The notes beneath the pieces are model-generated. The model saw nothing but the letters and a program-made list of their open reading frames with translations. It was not told the origin of the DNA and made no database searches. DNA of 64,000 bases, from contig CAJXDY010000003.1 of assembly GCA_913052135.1 (NCBI GenBank), positions 19,004-83,003 on the forward strand. The letters are read 5' to 3'. The first letter of the stretch is position 1. Each line of letters opens with the position of its first letter. The stretch comes from an uncultured Acidobacteriota bacterium. GTDB lineage: Bacteria > Acidobacteriota > Vicinamibacteria > Vicinamibacterales > UBA823. A program made the translations under genes and the position numbers. Shown here piece after piece: positions 38,984 to 47,978 of this stretch.

Positions 38984-41116
38984 ATGTTGACCATATCTAG
39001 AACATTGATGATTCTTTGCGCAGTTTTTCTATTTGAAGCTGGGTCGTCCTTAGCTCAGCAAACCATGCCCGATCCGGACACGCAACAGCCGCCAGTTACG
39101 TTTCGACTGGAAGTTAACTATGTTGAGGTCGATGCGGTTGTCACCGACGAGAATGGAGACTTTGTTGACGACCTCACGGTCGATGATTTTGAGGTCTTAG
39201 AGGATGGCGCAAGCCAAACGGTGACAGCTTTTTCTAGAATTCGTATTCCCGTCGAGCGCCCTACGCGCTTACTGTTTTCTGATCGTCAAATTGAGGAGGA
39301 TGTTAGCACCAATCGCAGGCCTTTCGATGGCCGTGTTTTTGTTCTGGCGCTTGATGATTTACACACGACACCCTTACGGACGTCGTACGTTAAGCGGGCT
39401 GCCACCGAATTTATCGAACAGTATCTAGGTGCCAATGATCTGGTCTCTGTAGTTTTTACCAGTGGTCGCACGGATGCGGCTCAGGGTTTCACTGGAAACC
39501 AGCGCCTGCTCTTGGAGGCAGTTGACCGATTTATAGGGCGTGCTGCGCGATCGAGCGTGCTTACACGCAGCGATACTTACTATCGACGGCTTAGCGACCG
39601 ACCGGATTTTGCACCAATTGGAGACGAGTTGGGTTTTGAACGGAGCGACAACGCTCGGTCAACATATGCAACATTACGAACTCTCTCGCAATGGCTTGGT
39701 GGCCTGCGCGGTCGGCGGAAGGCTGTCATCTTTTTCAGTCAAGGTATCGATTACGATATTTACGATATCAACCAGCCGTTAGCGTTAACGGTACAGTCTG
39801 AAGTGCGCCGCACTATTGCCATGGCAACGCAAACGAATGTTTCAATTTACACAATTGATCCGAGAGGATTAACGACGGTTGGCAGCGATCAAATTGAGGT
39901 GTTTGGAGTGATTCCTGATGATCGCTTTTCAGGCACCGAAACGGGGCTTAGAAGCGACTCTCTTCGCGACGATCTACGACTTGCCCAGGATAGTTTGCGG
40001 GTTCTTGCAGATGAGACTGGCGGGATGGCTTTCATCAATTCTAACGATTTATCCAGTGCCTTTGCTGCGATTATTCGTGATAACAGCTCCTACTACGTAC
40101 TTGGGTACTATCCTACAAATGAACGTCGTGATGGCAAGTCGCGCACGATTGACGTCCTTGTCAACCGACCAGGCGTTACAGTGCGTTCAAGAAAGGAGTA
40201 CTTGGCACCGAGTGGAAAAGCGGAAGAGTTTAATTTAGTAGAGGCTGGTCGAAACACGTCGAAAGAATTGCGTGAAGTGATGACCAGTCCACTGCCAGTC
40301 AGCGGGCTTGGTTTAAGTGTTGCGGCCCTACCATATCTTGGGGATGGAGAGAATGTTTCGCTGTCGGTGATCGTTGAAATTGATCCGGCGGGTTTGACCT
40401 TTATTGAACGAGATGGCAATTTCGTCGACACGGTTGAGCTATCAGTGACTGTGTTAGATTCGGCAGGCAAAATCCGTGGAGGAGAAAGTCAAACTCTGGA
40501 ACTAGATCTCCCTCCTGAAACCCATGAGGTGATTTCACGTTATGGACTTAAGGTCCTTTCACGAGTTGATCTGAAACCTGGTCGGTATCAGGTTCTAGTG
40601 GCGTCTCGGGAAAGTGGTGGAGGTGCAGTAGGTAGTGTGCACCGTTATCTCGATGTTCCAGATTTTTCTGAGGATGCAATACAAATGAGTGGCCTTGCCA
40701 TTACATCTGCTGTGGCAAGTCGAACCCCAAGTGCGAAACTTGATCCGAGGTTCGAGGATGTGCTGCCGGCGATGCCGACGACCCAGCGGGAATTTCTCCG
40801 AGGCGATGAACTTTATCTTTATGTTGATGTGTACGACAACGAACTAAAAAGACCGCACTCGGTTGATATTACGACCACGGTCCTCGATAGTGAGGAGAGA
40901 GTTGTATTTAGCACTGTGGACACACGCTCGCACACGGAATTGAAAGGTGCACGGGGCGGATATGGTCACGTTGTAAAAATTTCCACCGCCGAGTTTCCGT
41001 ACGGCTTCTATGTGTTACGGACAGAGGCCATTTCTCGGCTGGCTCCAGGTTCACCCGTGTTCCGAGAATCGAAGTTCGTAGTGCTGAACCCTCAGTCTGC
41101 TTCCACCAGTCAATGA
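38984..41116 (+). CDS. Secreted VWFA-domain protein (acidobacterial VWFA-related type)
   Basis: Signal peptide MLTISRTLMILCAVFLFEAGSSLAQQ. The N-terminal pattern FRLEVNYVEVDAVVTDENGDFVDDLTVDDFEVLEDGASQTVTAF matches what I recall of TIGR03436. A VWA-like region follows (VFVLALDD.H, VSIYTIDPRGL). ATG 38984 has SD GGAG 7 nt upstream, whereas the track uses GTG 38945. Confidence 0.7.
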   Translation: MLTISRTLMILCAVFLFEAGSSLAQQTMPDPDTQQPPVTFRLEVNYVEVDAVVTDENGDFVDDLTVDDFEVLEDGASQTVTAFSRIRIPVERPTRLLFSDRQIEEDVSTNRRPFDGRVFVLALDDLHTTPLRTSYVKRAATEFIEQYLGANDLVSVVFTSGRTDAAQGFTGNQRLLLEAVDRFIGRAARSSVLTRSDTYYRRLSDRPDFAPIGDELGFERSDNARSTYATLRTLSQWLGGLRGRRKAVIFFSQGIDYDIYDINQPLALTVQSEVRRTIAMATQTNVSIYTIDPRGLTTVGSDQIEVFGVIPDDRFSGTETGLRSDSLRDDLRLAQDSLRVLADETGGMAFINSNDLSSAFAAIIRDNSSYYVLGYYPTNERRDGKSRTIDVLVNRPGVTVRSRKEYLAPSGKAEEFNLVEAGRNTSKELREVMTSPLPVSGLGLSVAALPYLGDGENVSLSVIVEIDPAGLTFIERDGNFVDTVELSVTVLDSAGKIRGGESQTLELDLPPETHEVISRYGLKVLSRVDLKPGRYQVLVASRESGGGAVGSVHRYLDVPDFSEDAIQMSGLAITSAVASRTPSAKLDPRFEDVLPAMPTTQREFLRGDELYLYVDVYDNELKRPHSVDITTTVLDSEERVVFSTVDTRSHTELKGARGGYGHVVKISTAEFPYGFYVLRTEAISRLAPGSPVFRESKFVVLNPQSASTSQ

Positions 41117-41237
41117 CCTAGTATTTCGTCCAGCGTCTGGTCTCGCGGAGCAGATAACAACGGACTGAGAGGTCCTTATAGTAGCCCCTCAATCCGTGTG
41201 ATCCGAATGGCCGGGTAACTTTGTCAAACGACGAATA

Positions 41238-41822
41238 CTAGCTTTCAGATTCAGCCTCTTCAGCCTCTTCAGCCTCTTCTTCAACAGGATCGGGAAGCTC
41301 GTCGACCTGAGTCGCTTCGATTTCGCCGTTTGCATGACTAAACTGGAAACTATTACGATTCATCCGCGAACTGCGCGGTATCCGCAATTCGATCGTCGTG
41401 ATTTCGCCAACCAGTAATGGTTGGCGCACTCGCTGTGAGTCGCCCCCGACCGGATTGCCGTCGGAATCATACCAGAACTCATCGACTTTCAAACCTGCGA
41501 TAGCACCTGTTGCTCGGTTCTGAATTCGAATCTTTGTGACGACCTCACCATCGATGACTTCTGTCTCAGGTGCGAGATAGGCCACCTCGGCGATTCCTCT
41601 AACTGGCGCAACGAATCTAGGTCGTTCGGATTCCGCTGGTGCCTCTGCAGGCGCCTCCGCAGTATCAGTTGGTGAAACTTCCGGTTCAGTTGCCGGAGCT
41701 TCTTCTACAGTGGTTTCCGACAGGGTGGACTCGTCCCCATTACTCGATCCCCCTCCACATCCCAGCGCTGACAGGGTCAGGCTCACTAGTGCAATTCCCC
41801 AAATAAAACTCAGGCGATTCAT
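41238..41822 (-). CDS. Hypothetical lipoprotein with acidic C-terminal tail
   Basis: ATG 41822 has a strong SD (GGGAGGAA). The signal and lipobox are MNRLSFIWGIALVSLTLSALGC. A low-complexity linker precedes a roughly 110-aa domain of unknown family, and the protein ends in EEEAEEAEEAESES. Confidence 0.5.
   Translation of the reverse strand: MNRLSFIWGIALVSLTLSALGCGGGSSNGDESTLSETTVEEAPATEPEVSPTDTAEAPAEAPAESERPRFVAPVRGIAEVAYLAPETEVIDGEVVTKIRIQNRATGAIAGLKVDEFWYDSDGNPVGGDSQRVRQPLLVGEITTIELRIPRSSRMNRNSFQFSHANGEIEATQVDELPDPVEEEAEEAEEAESES
41252..41278. repeat. 9-bp x 3 tandem repeat (cagcctctt) in the 3' end of the lipoprotein gene
   Basis: Copies at 41252-41260, 41261-41269 and 41270-41278 are identical. 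They encode the EEAEEAEEA acidic tail on the minus strand. Confidence 0.9.
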
Positions 41823-42077
41823 GACTTCCTCCCTATTAAATGCCCCTCTTCGATGGATTAGGATTATAGGGCCATTATCGTAAAAGCTCAACGGCATGCA
41901 GACACGGCTAGGCTCATCTATCTTTGTGCCGTCCTTCGACTCCAGTTTAATTGCTGTGCATCTCCTTAGTGGCTATTTGTGATGATTTAGTCTGTAACTA
42001 TCATAGGAGCGAGTAAAACAAGGCTGATTTCTCGCCATGGCTGGCTATTTCAGGCTCTAGAGATCTGGTCTATTGGA

Positions 42078-43256
42078 CTATTGGCCACGACCGTATTGTT
42101 CAAGAATTCGCCGCACCTGATCGATCGGCAAGGCCTCAGCGGTTCGTCCGTTGCCAGTGATAGTAGTGGCTTGCAGCATCGAATTGTAGACGGCTTCTTC
42201 TGTTGCCTCAAGCGTCGCTTGAAACAAGGGCGATACTCCATCTGGTTGCAAAATCGATCGCTTTCTCGGATTTCTGTCTCCAAATGTAGAGCGCATCTCC
42301 TGTGAAGTCGAAAATGCAATTGCGAAATCCCCACTGCCATTGCTGTAAGAGGAACCAGTCCGGGCTAGGCCAAACACTGCCCGTGTGGCGATTCTCTTAA
42401 GATCTCTCGCATCAACCGGTGCATCAGTAGCTACGACGAGCATGCAGGAGCCATCACCTAGGTTGTCGAAAGGGGCTGAACCGCTGTCGTTGCTCTGATC
42501 AGCCACAGGGGGTGCGTATGAATAGCGCTGGAGTTCTTTTCCAATTGGAACACCGTCAATTGTAAGGACACCGCCGTAGTTACTTTGTACGAGCACACCC
42601 ACCGTATAGCCACCGAATCGGTCGGGGAGTTGTCGAGATGAAGTGCCGATACCCCCTTTCCATCCGAATGCGCGTGTGCCCGTGCCAGCGCCCACCGAGC
42701 CTTCACTGATAGTTCCACCGGAGGCGGTGTCGATGGCTTCCCAGATATGATGCGGTTTTACATGTTGTCCACGAATGTCATTCAAACCCCCGTCGTTAGT
42801 TTCACCGACAAGAGCGTTGACCGATCGCACCTCCTCATTCCCATCAAGGCGTAACATGTAGGCAACCGTTGCTTCAACTGCGGTGCCAACACTTAGTGTA
42901 TTTGTCAGGATGATCGGAGTTTCGATAGTGCCTAGTTCATTAACTTGAGTTGAACCAGCTAACTTGCCGAACGCGTTACCGACATAGACCGCGCCAGCGA
43001 CTTTATCCTGAAAGAGGTTTCCTTCGTGTGGAACGATGGCGGTGACTCCTGTCCGAATGTTGTTTCCTTGAATGATAGTCGTGTGCCCAACACGGACGCC
43101 TGCTACGTCAGAGATAGCGTTCAGTGGACCTGGCTGGAATACACCAGGTTCGACACCGAGGTCTCGTGCTCGGATGCGGTCTTGAGTACCAGACAGTGTA
43201 ATCATGGAAATTAAAACCGTGGCACCTGCAAACATCCAAATCAAACCAGTGTTCAT
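42078..43256 (-). CDS. P1/S58 family peptidase (DmpA/BapA-like aminopeptidase), secreted
   Basis: Signal-like MNTGLIWMFAGATVLISMITLSG. The DmpA-family pattern is present: TAIVP, GEG..., SVGAGTGTRAFGWKGGIGTSS (self-processing/nucleophile region) and LVVATDAP. ATG 43256 has SD AAGGAG. Confidence 0.75.
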   Translation of the reverse strand: MNTGLIWMFAGATVLISMITLSGTQDRIRARDLGVEPGVFQPGPLNAISDVAGVRVGHTTIIQGNNIRTGVTAIVPHEGNLFQDKVAGAVYVGNAFGKLAGSTQVNELGTIETPIILTNTLSVGTAVEATVAYMLRLDGNEEVRSVNALVGETNDGGLNDIRGQHVKPHHIWEAIDTASGGTISEGSVGAGTGTRAFGWKGGIGTSSRQLPDRFGGYTVGVLVQSNYGGVLTIDGVPIGKELQRYSYAPPVADQSNDSGSAPFDNLGDGSCMLVVATDAPVDARDLKRIATRAVFGLARTGSSYSNGSGDFAIAFSTSQEMRSTFGDRNPRKRSILQPDGVSPLFQATLEATEEAVYNSMLQATTITGNGRTAEALPIDQVRRILEQYGRGQ

Positions 43257-43434
43257 GTCAAACTCCTTGAGTGAATGGGTACATCTTGTCATGCCTTGTC
43301 GAATAACGACAGGTGGATTGGTTCAACCACAGATGTAACGGTTGGAATAATCGCCGTTGTTTCGTCACGCATGGTAAGGTGCATGAGTCAGAAGGCCAAC
43401 GTTTTGTCATCAATAATTCCTTGGAGAGTTTCCC

Positions 43435-44715
43435 ATGCGTGAATCTGAAAAACAGGTATCGAACATCGGAAATCAGCTGAATCGCCGTCAATTTTTTGGC
43501 CTAGGGCTCTTCGGGGCCTTAGCGAGTGGTTGTGCAACCCGGGGTGCGACTATGTCAGGTGGCACGCGTGGTGCTGAAGCGGCTGTCGTAGTCAAACAGG
43601 CCCTTGACGATAACATTTACACTCGGATGCTTGGTCTTAAACCTCACTTACCTGCGATGGATCACATCACCTATCTCGGTGGATCTCGCATGCCATCCGA
43701 GGTGATGCAAGCGATGCTCGAGGCTAACGAGCAGTTTGTTGATATGCACGAACTGACGCGAGCAGCTGGTGCGCGTCTGGCTGAGGTGCTCGGTGCTGAT
43801 GCTGCGTTAGTTACCAGCGGTTCCTTTTCGGCCATGATTCTTGGAGCAGCGGCCTGTTTGACAGGTAACGACCAAGCTAAGATTGACGCCTTACCACACC
43901 CCACGTGGTCTAAACGTGAGTGTTTGACGCAGACATCGGGAAGGTTCGGCTACGACCGGGCATATCGTGCCGCAGGCATGACGATGGTGAACGTTGAGAC
44001 GCGGGAACAGTTTGCCAATGCGATTAACTCGAATACGGCGATGATTTCTGGTCTTGCGCGCCTTGACGATCAAACCGAAGATGATCCCAAGGCTATGAAA
44101 GTTCATGAATTACTGGAGTTCGGACGTCGCGCGGGTGTTCCGGTAATTGTGGATGCCGCATCCGAATTACCACCAACAAACACCTTGACTCGTTGGCTGG
44201 ATGCCGGTGCGGACTTGGTTGTCATTAGTGGAGGGAAGGGTATTCAGGGACCACAGTCGACTGGAATTCTCGCTGGGCGGCGAGATCTGATCGAAGCGGC
44301 GACATTACACGCGGCACCGAATGCGAACTTGGGTCGCGGTATGAAAGTTGGCAAGGAAGAAATTATGGGTTTTCTTGTGGCGCTCGACCGCTACGTTGGA
44401 TTAGATCACGATCGAGTGTACGCCGAGTGGCGACGCAAGGCTGAGTACATTGCTAACGAGCTCCAGGGAATACCCGGTCTTATGGCTGATGTCCCACAAG
44501 ATGACCGTGGTAAACCACGGGTGAATTTAACTTGGGACGAAAACGCCGTGCCATTGTCCGCTGTAGAGGTTCGTGAGGGGCTCAAGAACGGTGATCCGCG
44601 GATTGCCATGACTGGTCAAGCAATCCAGACCCGATGTATGAATGACGGCGAGGAAATTTTGGTCGCTCAACGAACTCGGGAGTTTTTCAGTTCGGTGGTC
44701 GTAAAAGTATCCTGA
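43435..44715 (+). CDS. SelA/DgaE-like PLP-dependent enzyme with twin-arginine signal
   Basis: The N-terminus is NRRQFFGLGLFGALASGCATRG: an RR motif, a hydrophobic region and a Cys. The PLP-lysine region DLVVISGGKGIQGPQSTGILAGRRDLI closely resembles SelA (SGDKLLGGPQ) and DgaE (SGGKAIRGPQ). Confidence 0.65.
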   Translation: MRESEKQVSNIGNQLNRRQFFGLGLFGALASGCATRGATMSGGTRGAEAAVVVKQALDDNIYTRMLGLKPHLPAMDHITYLGGSRMPSEVMQAMLEANEQFVDMHELTRAAGARLAEVLGADAALVTSGSFSAMILGAAACLTGNDQAKIDALPHPTWSKRECLTQTSGRFGYDRAYRAAGMTMVNVETREQFANAINSNTAMISGLARLDDQTEDDPKAMKVHELLEFGRRAGVPVIVDAASELPPTNTLTRWLDAGADLVVISGGKGIQGPQSTGILAGRRDLIEAATLHAAPNANLGRGMKVGKEEIMGFLVALDRYVGLDHDRVYAEWRRKAEYIANELQGIPGLMADVPQDDRGKPRVNLTWDENAVPLSAVEVREGLKNGDPRIAMTGQAIQTRCMNDGEEILVAQRTREFFSSVVVKVS

Positions 44716-44758
44716 AACTGTTCAGCAGGAAGTCCTGCTTTTTGCCAGTGGGAGGCGC

Positions 44759-45730
44759 ATGTCACAGGCGATCTTGGTACGAGAAACTGGTAGTGCTGCA
44801 GTGTTGAAGCTGGAGGAGTATGATCCGGGTTCACCAGCAAGTGGGCAGGTCCGGGTTCGCGTGATGGTGGCTGGCGTCAATTTTATTGACGTTTATTTTC
44901 GGACGGGTTTGTATCCGTCCCCTTTGCCATTCGTTTTGGGACGTGAGGGTGCTGGGATTGTTGACGTCGTCGGGCCTGATGTGAATAGTCTGCAGGTTGG
45001 AGACCGAGTTTGTTGGGCGATGGTCCCTGGCGCTTATGCCGATGCCGTGTTAATTCCGGAAAGCCAGATCATTAAGATCCCAGACGGTGTATCGGAAGAG
45101 CAAGCGGCGGCAGTCATGCTGCAAGGCATGACCGCACACTATCTGGTTCACGGAACCCGTACGACCCGTTCTGGTGACATGGCTTTGGTCCACGCTGCAG
45201 CTGGTGGCGTCGGATTATTGCTGATTCAAATGTTAAAGCAGGCTGGTGCGACTGTATTTGGAACCTGCTCAACCGAAGAAAAGGCAGCGTTAGCTCAAGA
45301 AGCCGGTGCTGACAAGGTCATCAATTACACTACGACTGACTTTGCTGACGAAGTGAAGAAACTGACCAATGGTCGAGGTGTTGACGTCGTGTATGACTCG
45401 GTGGGGCAGAGTACTTTCAATGGCAGCCTACGATCCCTGCGCCCACGAGGCCTCTTGGCACTGTTCGGGCAGTCGAGCGGACCGGTGTCACCATTTGACT
45501 TGGGCCAACTCAATCCTCTTGGCTCTTTGTTTGTGACGCGTCCCTCATTGGTTCACTACATTCGGGACCGTGCCGAACTTGAGCTTAGAGCTCACACGGT
45601 GCTGGAGTTGGTCGCGTCGAAAAAGCTAGAAGTCCGAATTGGTAATCGATTTCCGTTAGCTGATGCAGCCGAGGCGCATCGCGCCTTAGAAGGTCGACGG
45701 ACCGTTGGTAAAGTTGTGCTGAACGTATGA
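44759..45730 (+). CDS. qor: NADPH:quinone oxidoreductase (zeta-crystallin-like MDR)
   Basis: The MDR fold lacks zinc ligands. The nucleotide motif is AAGGVGLLLIQMLKQAGATVFGT and the C-terminus is GKVVLNV. Confidence 0.8.
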   Translation: MSQAILVRETGSAAVLKLEEYDPGSPASGQVRVRVMVAGVNFIDVYFRTGLYPSPLPFVLGREGAGIVDVVGPDVNSLQVGDRVCWAMVPGAYADAVLIPESQIIKIPDGVSEEQAAAVMLQGMTAHYLVHGTRTTRSGDMALVHAAAGGVGLLLIQMLKQAGATVFGTCSTEEKAALAQEAGADKVINYTTTDFADEVKKLTNGRGVDVVYDSVGQSTFNGSLRSLRPRGLLALFGQSSGPVSPFDLGQLNPLGSLFVTRPSLVHYIRDRAELELRAHTVLELVASKKLEVRIGNRFPLADAAEAHRALEGRRTVGKVVLNV

Positions 45731-45749
45731 CGAGTTTTGTGCAACTTGT

Positions 45750-46166
45750 TTACCGACCACCTTCGACATACGGCCCTTCGATGACAACATTCTCAAGAGC
45801 GGAAATGTCAGAGTCCATCTCAGTGTCACCCATGGGAATGCCGTTCAGTTCAAAGAAGTAGGCAATAATTGCCGCATACTCAGCACTGCGCAGACTGCCG
45901 GGATTGTCTTCCGGCATTGTCATCTGGATAAGATCCAAGAATTCAGCGACTGGCGCTCCTGTCCAACTGTCCAGATAGCCAGCGCTCGAAAATTCGTCCT
46001 CCTGATGACACTCTGAGCACACGCTCGCAAAGAGCTTGCTTCCTTGGTTGGCTTGTGCAGCTGAATAGATTCCGCCCTGGATTGACTGCTGGTCCTGACT
46101 CTCAGCCGGCAGCACGGCAAAAGTTACAAATAAGGTAATTATCACAAGAATTTTCTGGTATGTCAT
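45750..46166 (-). CDS. Monoheme c-type cytochrome, secreted
   Basis: A signal peptide is followed by a single CSECH heme-binding motif in a roughly 115-aa mature domain. A distal Met candidate lies in QMTMPE. Confidence 0.7.
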   Translation of the reverse strand: MTYQKILVIITLFVTFAVLPAESQDQQSIQGGIYSAAQANQGSKLFASVCSECHQEDEFSSAGYLDSWTGAPVAEFLDLIQMTMPEDNPGSLRSAEYAAIIAYFFELNGIPMGDTEMDSDISALENVVIEGPYVEGGR

Positions 46167-46262
46167 CGCTATGTCTCCGAAAACGATTGCCGTCTATGCC
46201 TCACTTTGACTCTTATGGTCCCAGATTAGCTGATTTTGAAGTGGCTCTTCAACTGATAAGGT

Positions 46263-46721
46263 TCAGGGAGCCTTCCGCAGTCTACCGTAGTACGTCACTG
46301 TTGTAAGTCCAAGCGGGAAATGTTCTAAATAATCGAAAACGCCATCCAACTCGTTTAGTCCGTCAAACATCGTTCGCATGTCCTGGTCAAACACCCGAAT
46401 ATATCCAGACCCATCTTCGGCGACATACGTAATAAACGTACCATGGTCGTATCGTCGAAGCTCGGTGTTATCACGTGTCGCCCAAAGATAGCGGTCGCCA
46501 ATTTTTTGCACGACAGATGTGACCTCTTCCACCTCCTCCTCCAGGGTTTCGACGATACGATTCGAGCCAGTTTCACTGATCCGGACAAGTGCCACGCCGT
46601 CCAAAACAACGTTGTTGGGCTGTCCATTGAGGAACTTCGGGATCAGTACGAGCAGTGCTACCATGAGGATGCTGGGCAGATGATAGTTGCGTAGATATAG
46701 TTGCAGCGACTTAAGTCCCAT
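46263..46721 (-). CDS. Hypothetical membrane-anchored protein
   Basis: It has one N-terminal hydrophobic helix (LPSILMVALLVLIPKF). I recognise no motif. It is called only from ORF length and non-overlap with neighbours. Confidence 0.4.
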   Translation of the reverse strand: MGLKSLQLYLRNYHLPSILMVALLVLIPKFLNGQPNNVVLDGVALVRISETGSNRIVETLEEEVEEVTSVVQKIGDRYLWATRDNTELRRYDHGTFITYVAEDGSGYIRVFDQDMRTMFDGLNELDGVFDYLEHFPLGLTTVTYYGRLRKAP

Positions 46722-46855
46722 CAGACGATCATTATACCAAGTGAAATAAGTTTATCTGGTGTCTTTGGCGATTCACGTTGTTATGTATGTATTGCAAATA
46801 GCGACAACGAGATGGTCTCGCTGTGTCACGCAAAGTTTGATAGCGGATATCAATA

Positions 46856-47944
46856 ATGTTGGATGAGTTAAGACGGGAATTCGCCGATGTGGACCGGCAA
46901 ATTCTAGAATTAGTTGCCGAGCGACAACGGTTGTCAAAAGCGATCGGATCCGCCAAACGGGAAGCTGGGCTTCCCACACGCGACTATGAGCAGGAGAAGG
47001 AAGTTATCGTTCGGGCACGGGCCATTGCTGATGAATGTCACTTCTCACCTGAATTGGCCGAGCAGATCATGCAGGCACTTGTTCGATCGTCGTTGACCAT
47101 TCAAGAAAAGGACCATGTTGCTGCCCATGGCGAAGGTGGTGGACGACGTGTCTTGGTGATAGGTGGAAGAGGACGAATGGGTCAGTGGTTCGTTCGCTTC
47201 TTACTGACGCAGGCCTTTGAAGTTGAGGTGGCTGATCCCGCTGGTGGTGTGGAAGGCTGTCATCATTATTCCGATTGGCGTGAGGCTGAGCTCTCGCATG
47301 ACTACATTGTCGTGGCAGCTCCTTTAGGTGCCGCCAACGACATTCTTCTGGAATTAGCCGACCGTTCGTTTCCCGGTGTGATTTTTGACATCGGTTCCTT
47401 GAAGGGACCTGTCCAGCTTGGTCTTCGCGCGCTCGTCCAAGCCGGAGCGCGAGTAACTTCGCTACACCCCATGTTTGGTCCTGATACGGAACTATTATCT
47501 GGTCGACATGTTATTTTTGTTGATGTTGGCGTACCCGAGGCAACCAGATCCGCGGAGGAGTTGTTTTCTTCGACGATGATCGTTCAGGCCCATATGGATC
47601 TCGACAGCCATGATCGACTCATCGCATGGGTTATCGGGTTGTCTCATGCCCTTAACATCGCGTTTCTTGAAGCGTTGGCTATGAGTGGAGAAGCAGCGCC
47701 TAAACTTGTCGATTTATCCAGCACGACGTTTGATGATCAGCTTAGAGTTTCAAATCGAGTCGTACACGACAGTCCAAAGCTCTATTTTGAGATTCAGTCG
47801 CTGAATGAGTATGGCACTGAGTCGTTGACCGCATTACTGAACGCCGTCGAGCGCCTTCGCACCATTGTGCAGACTGGCGATGAGGTAAGCTTCACGGATC
47901 TCATGGAAAATGGACGCCGGTATTTAGAGGGGCGCCGTCTGTAA
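46856..47944 (+). CDS. tyrA: Bifunctional chorismate mutase / prephenate dehydrogenase
   Basis: The N-terminal AroQ chorismate mutase helix pattern is [24 protein letters not shown]. The Rossmann motif [16 protein letters not shown] and a prephenate dehydrogenase C-terminal domain (SLHPMFGP) follow. Confidence 0.85.
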   Translation: MLDELRREFADVDRQILELVAERQRLSKAIGSAKREAGLPTRDYEQEKEVIVRARAIADECHFSPELAEQIMQALVRSSLTIQEKDHVAAHGEGGGRRVLVIGGRGRMGQWFVRFLLTQAFEVEVADPAGGVEGCHHYSDWREAELSHDYIVVAAPLGAANDILLELADRSFPGVIFDIGSLKGPVQLGLRALVQAGARVTSLHPMFGPDTELLSGRHVIFVDVGVPEATRSAEELFSSTMIVQAHMDLDSHDRLIAWVIGLSHALNIAFLEALAMSGEAAPKLVDLSSTTFDDQLRVSNRVVHDSPKLYFEIQSLNEYGTESLTALLNAVERLRTIVQTGDEVSFTDLMENGRRYLEGRRL

Positions 47945-47978
47945 AAATCCTAAAACCCTAGCGGACAGTTTATCGTTG

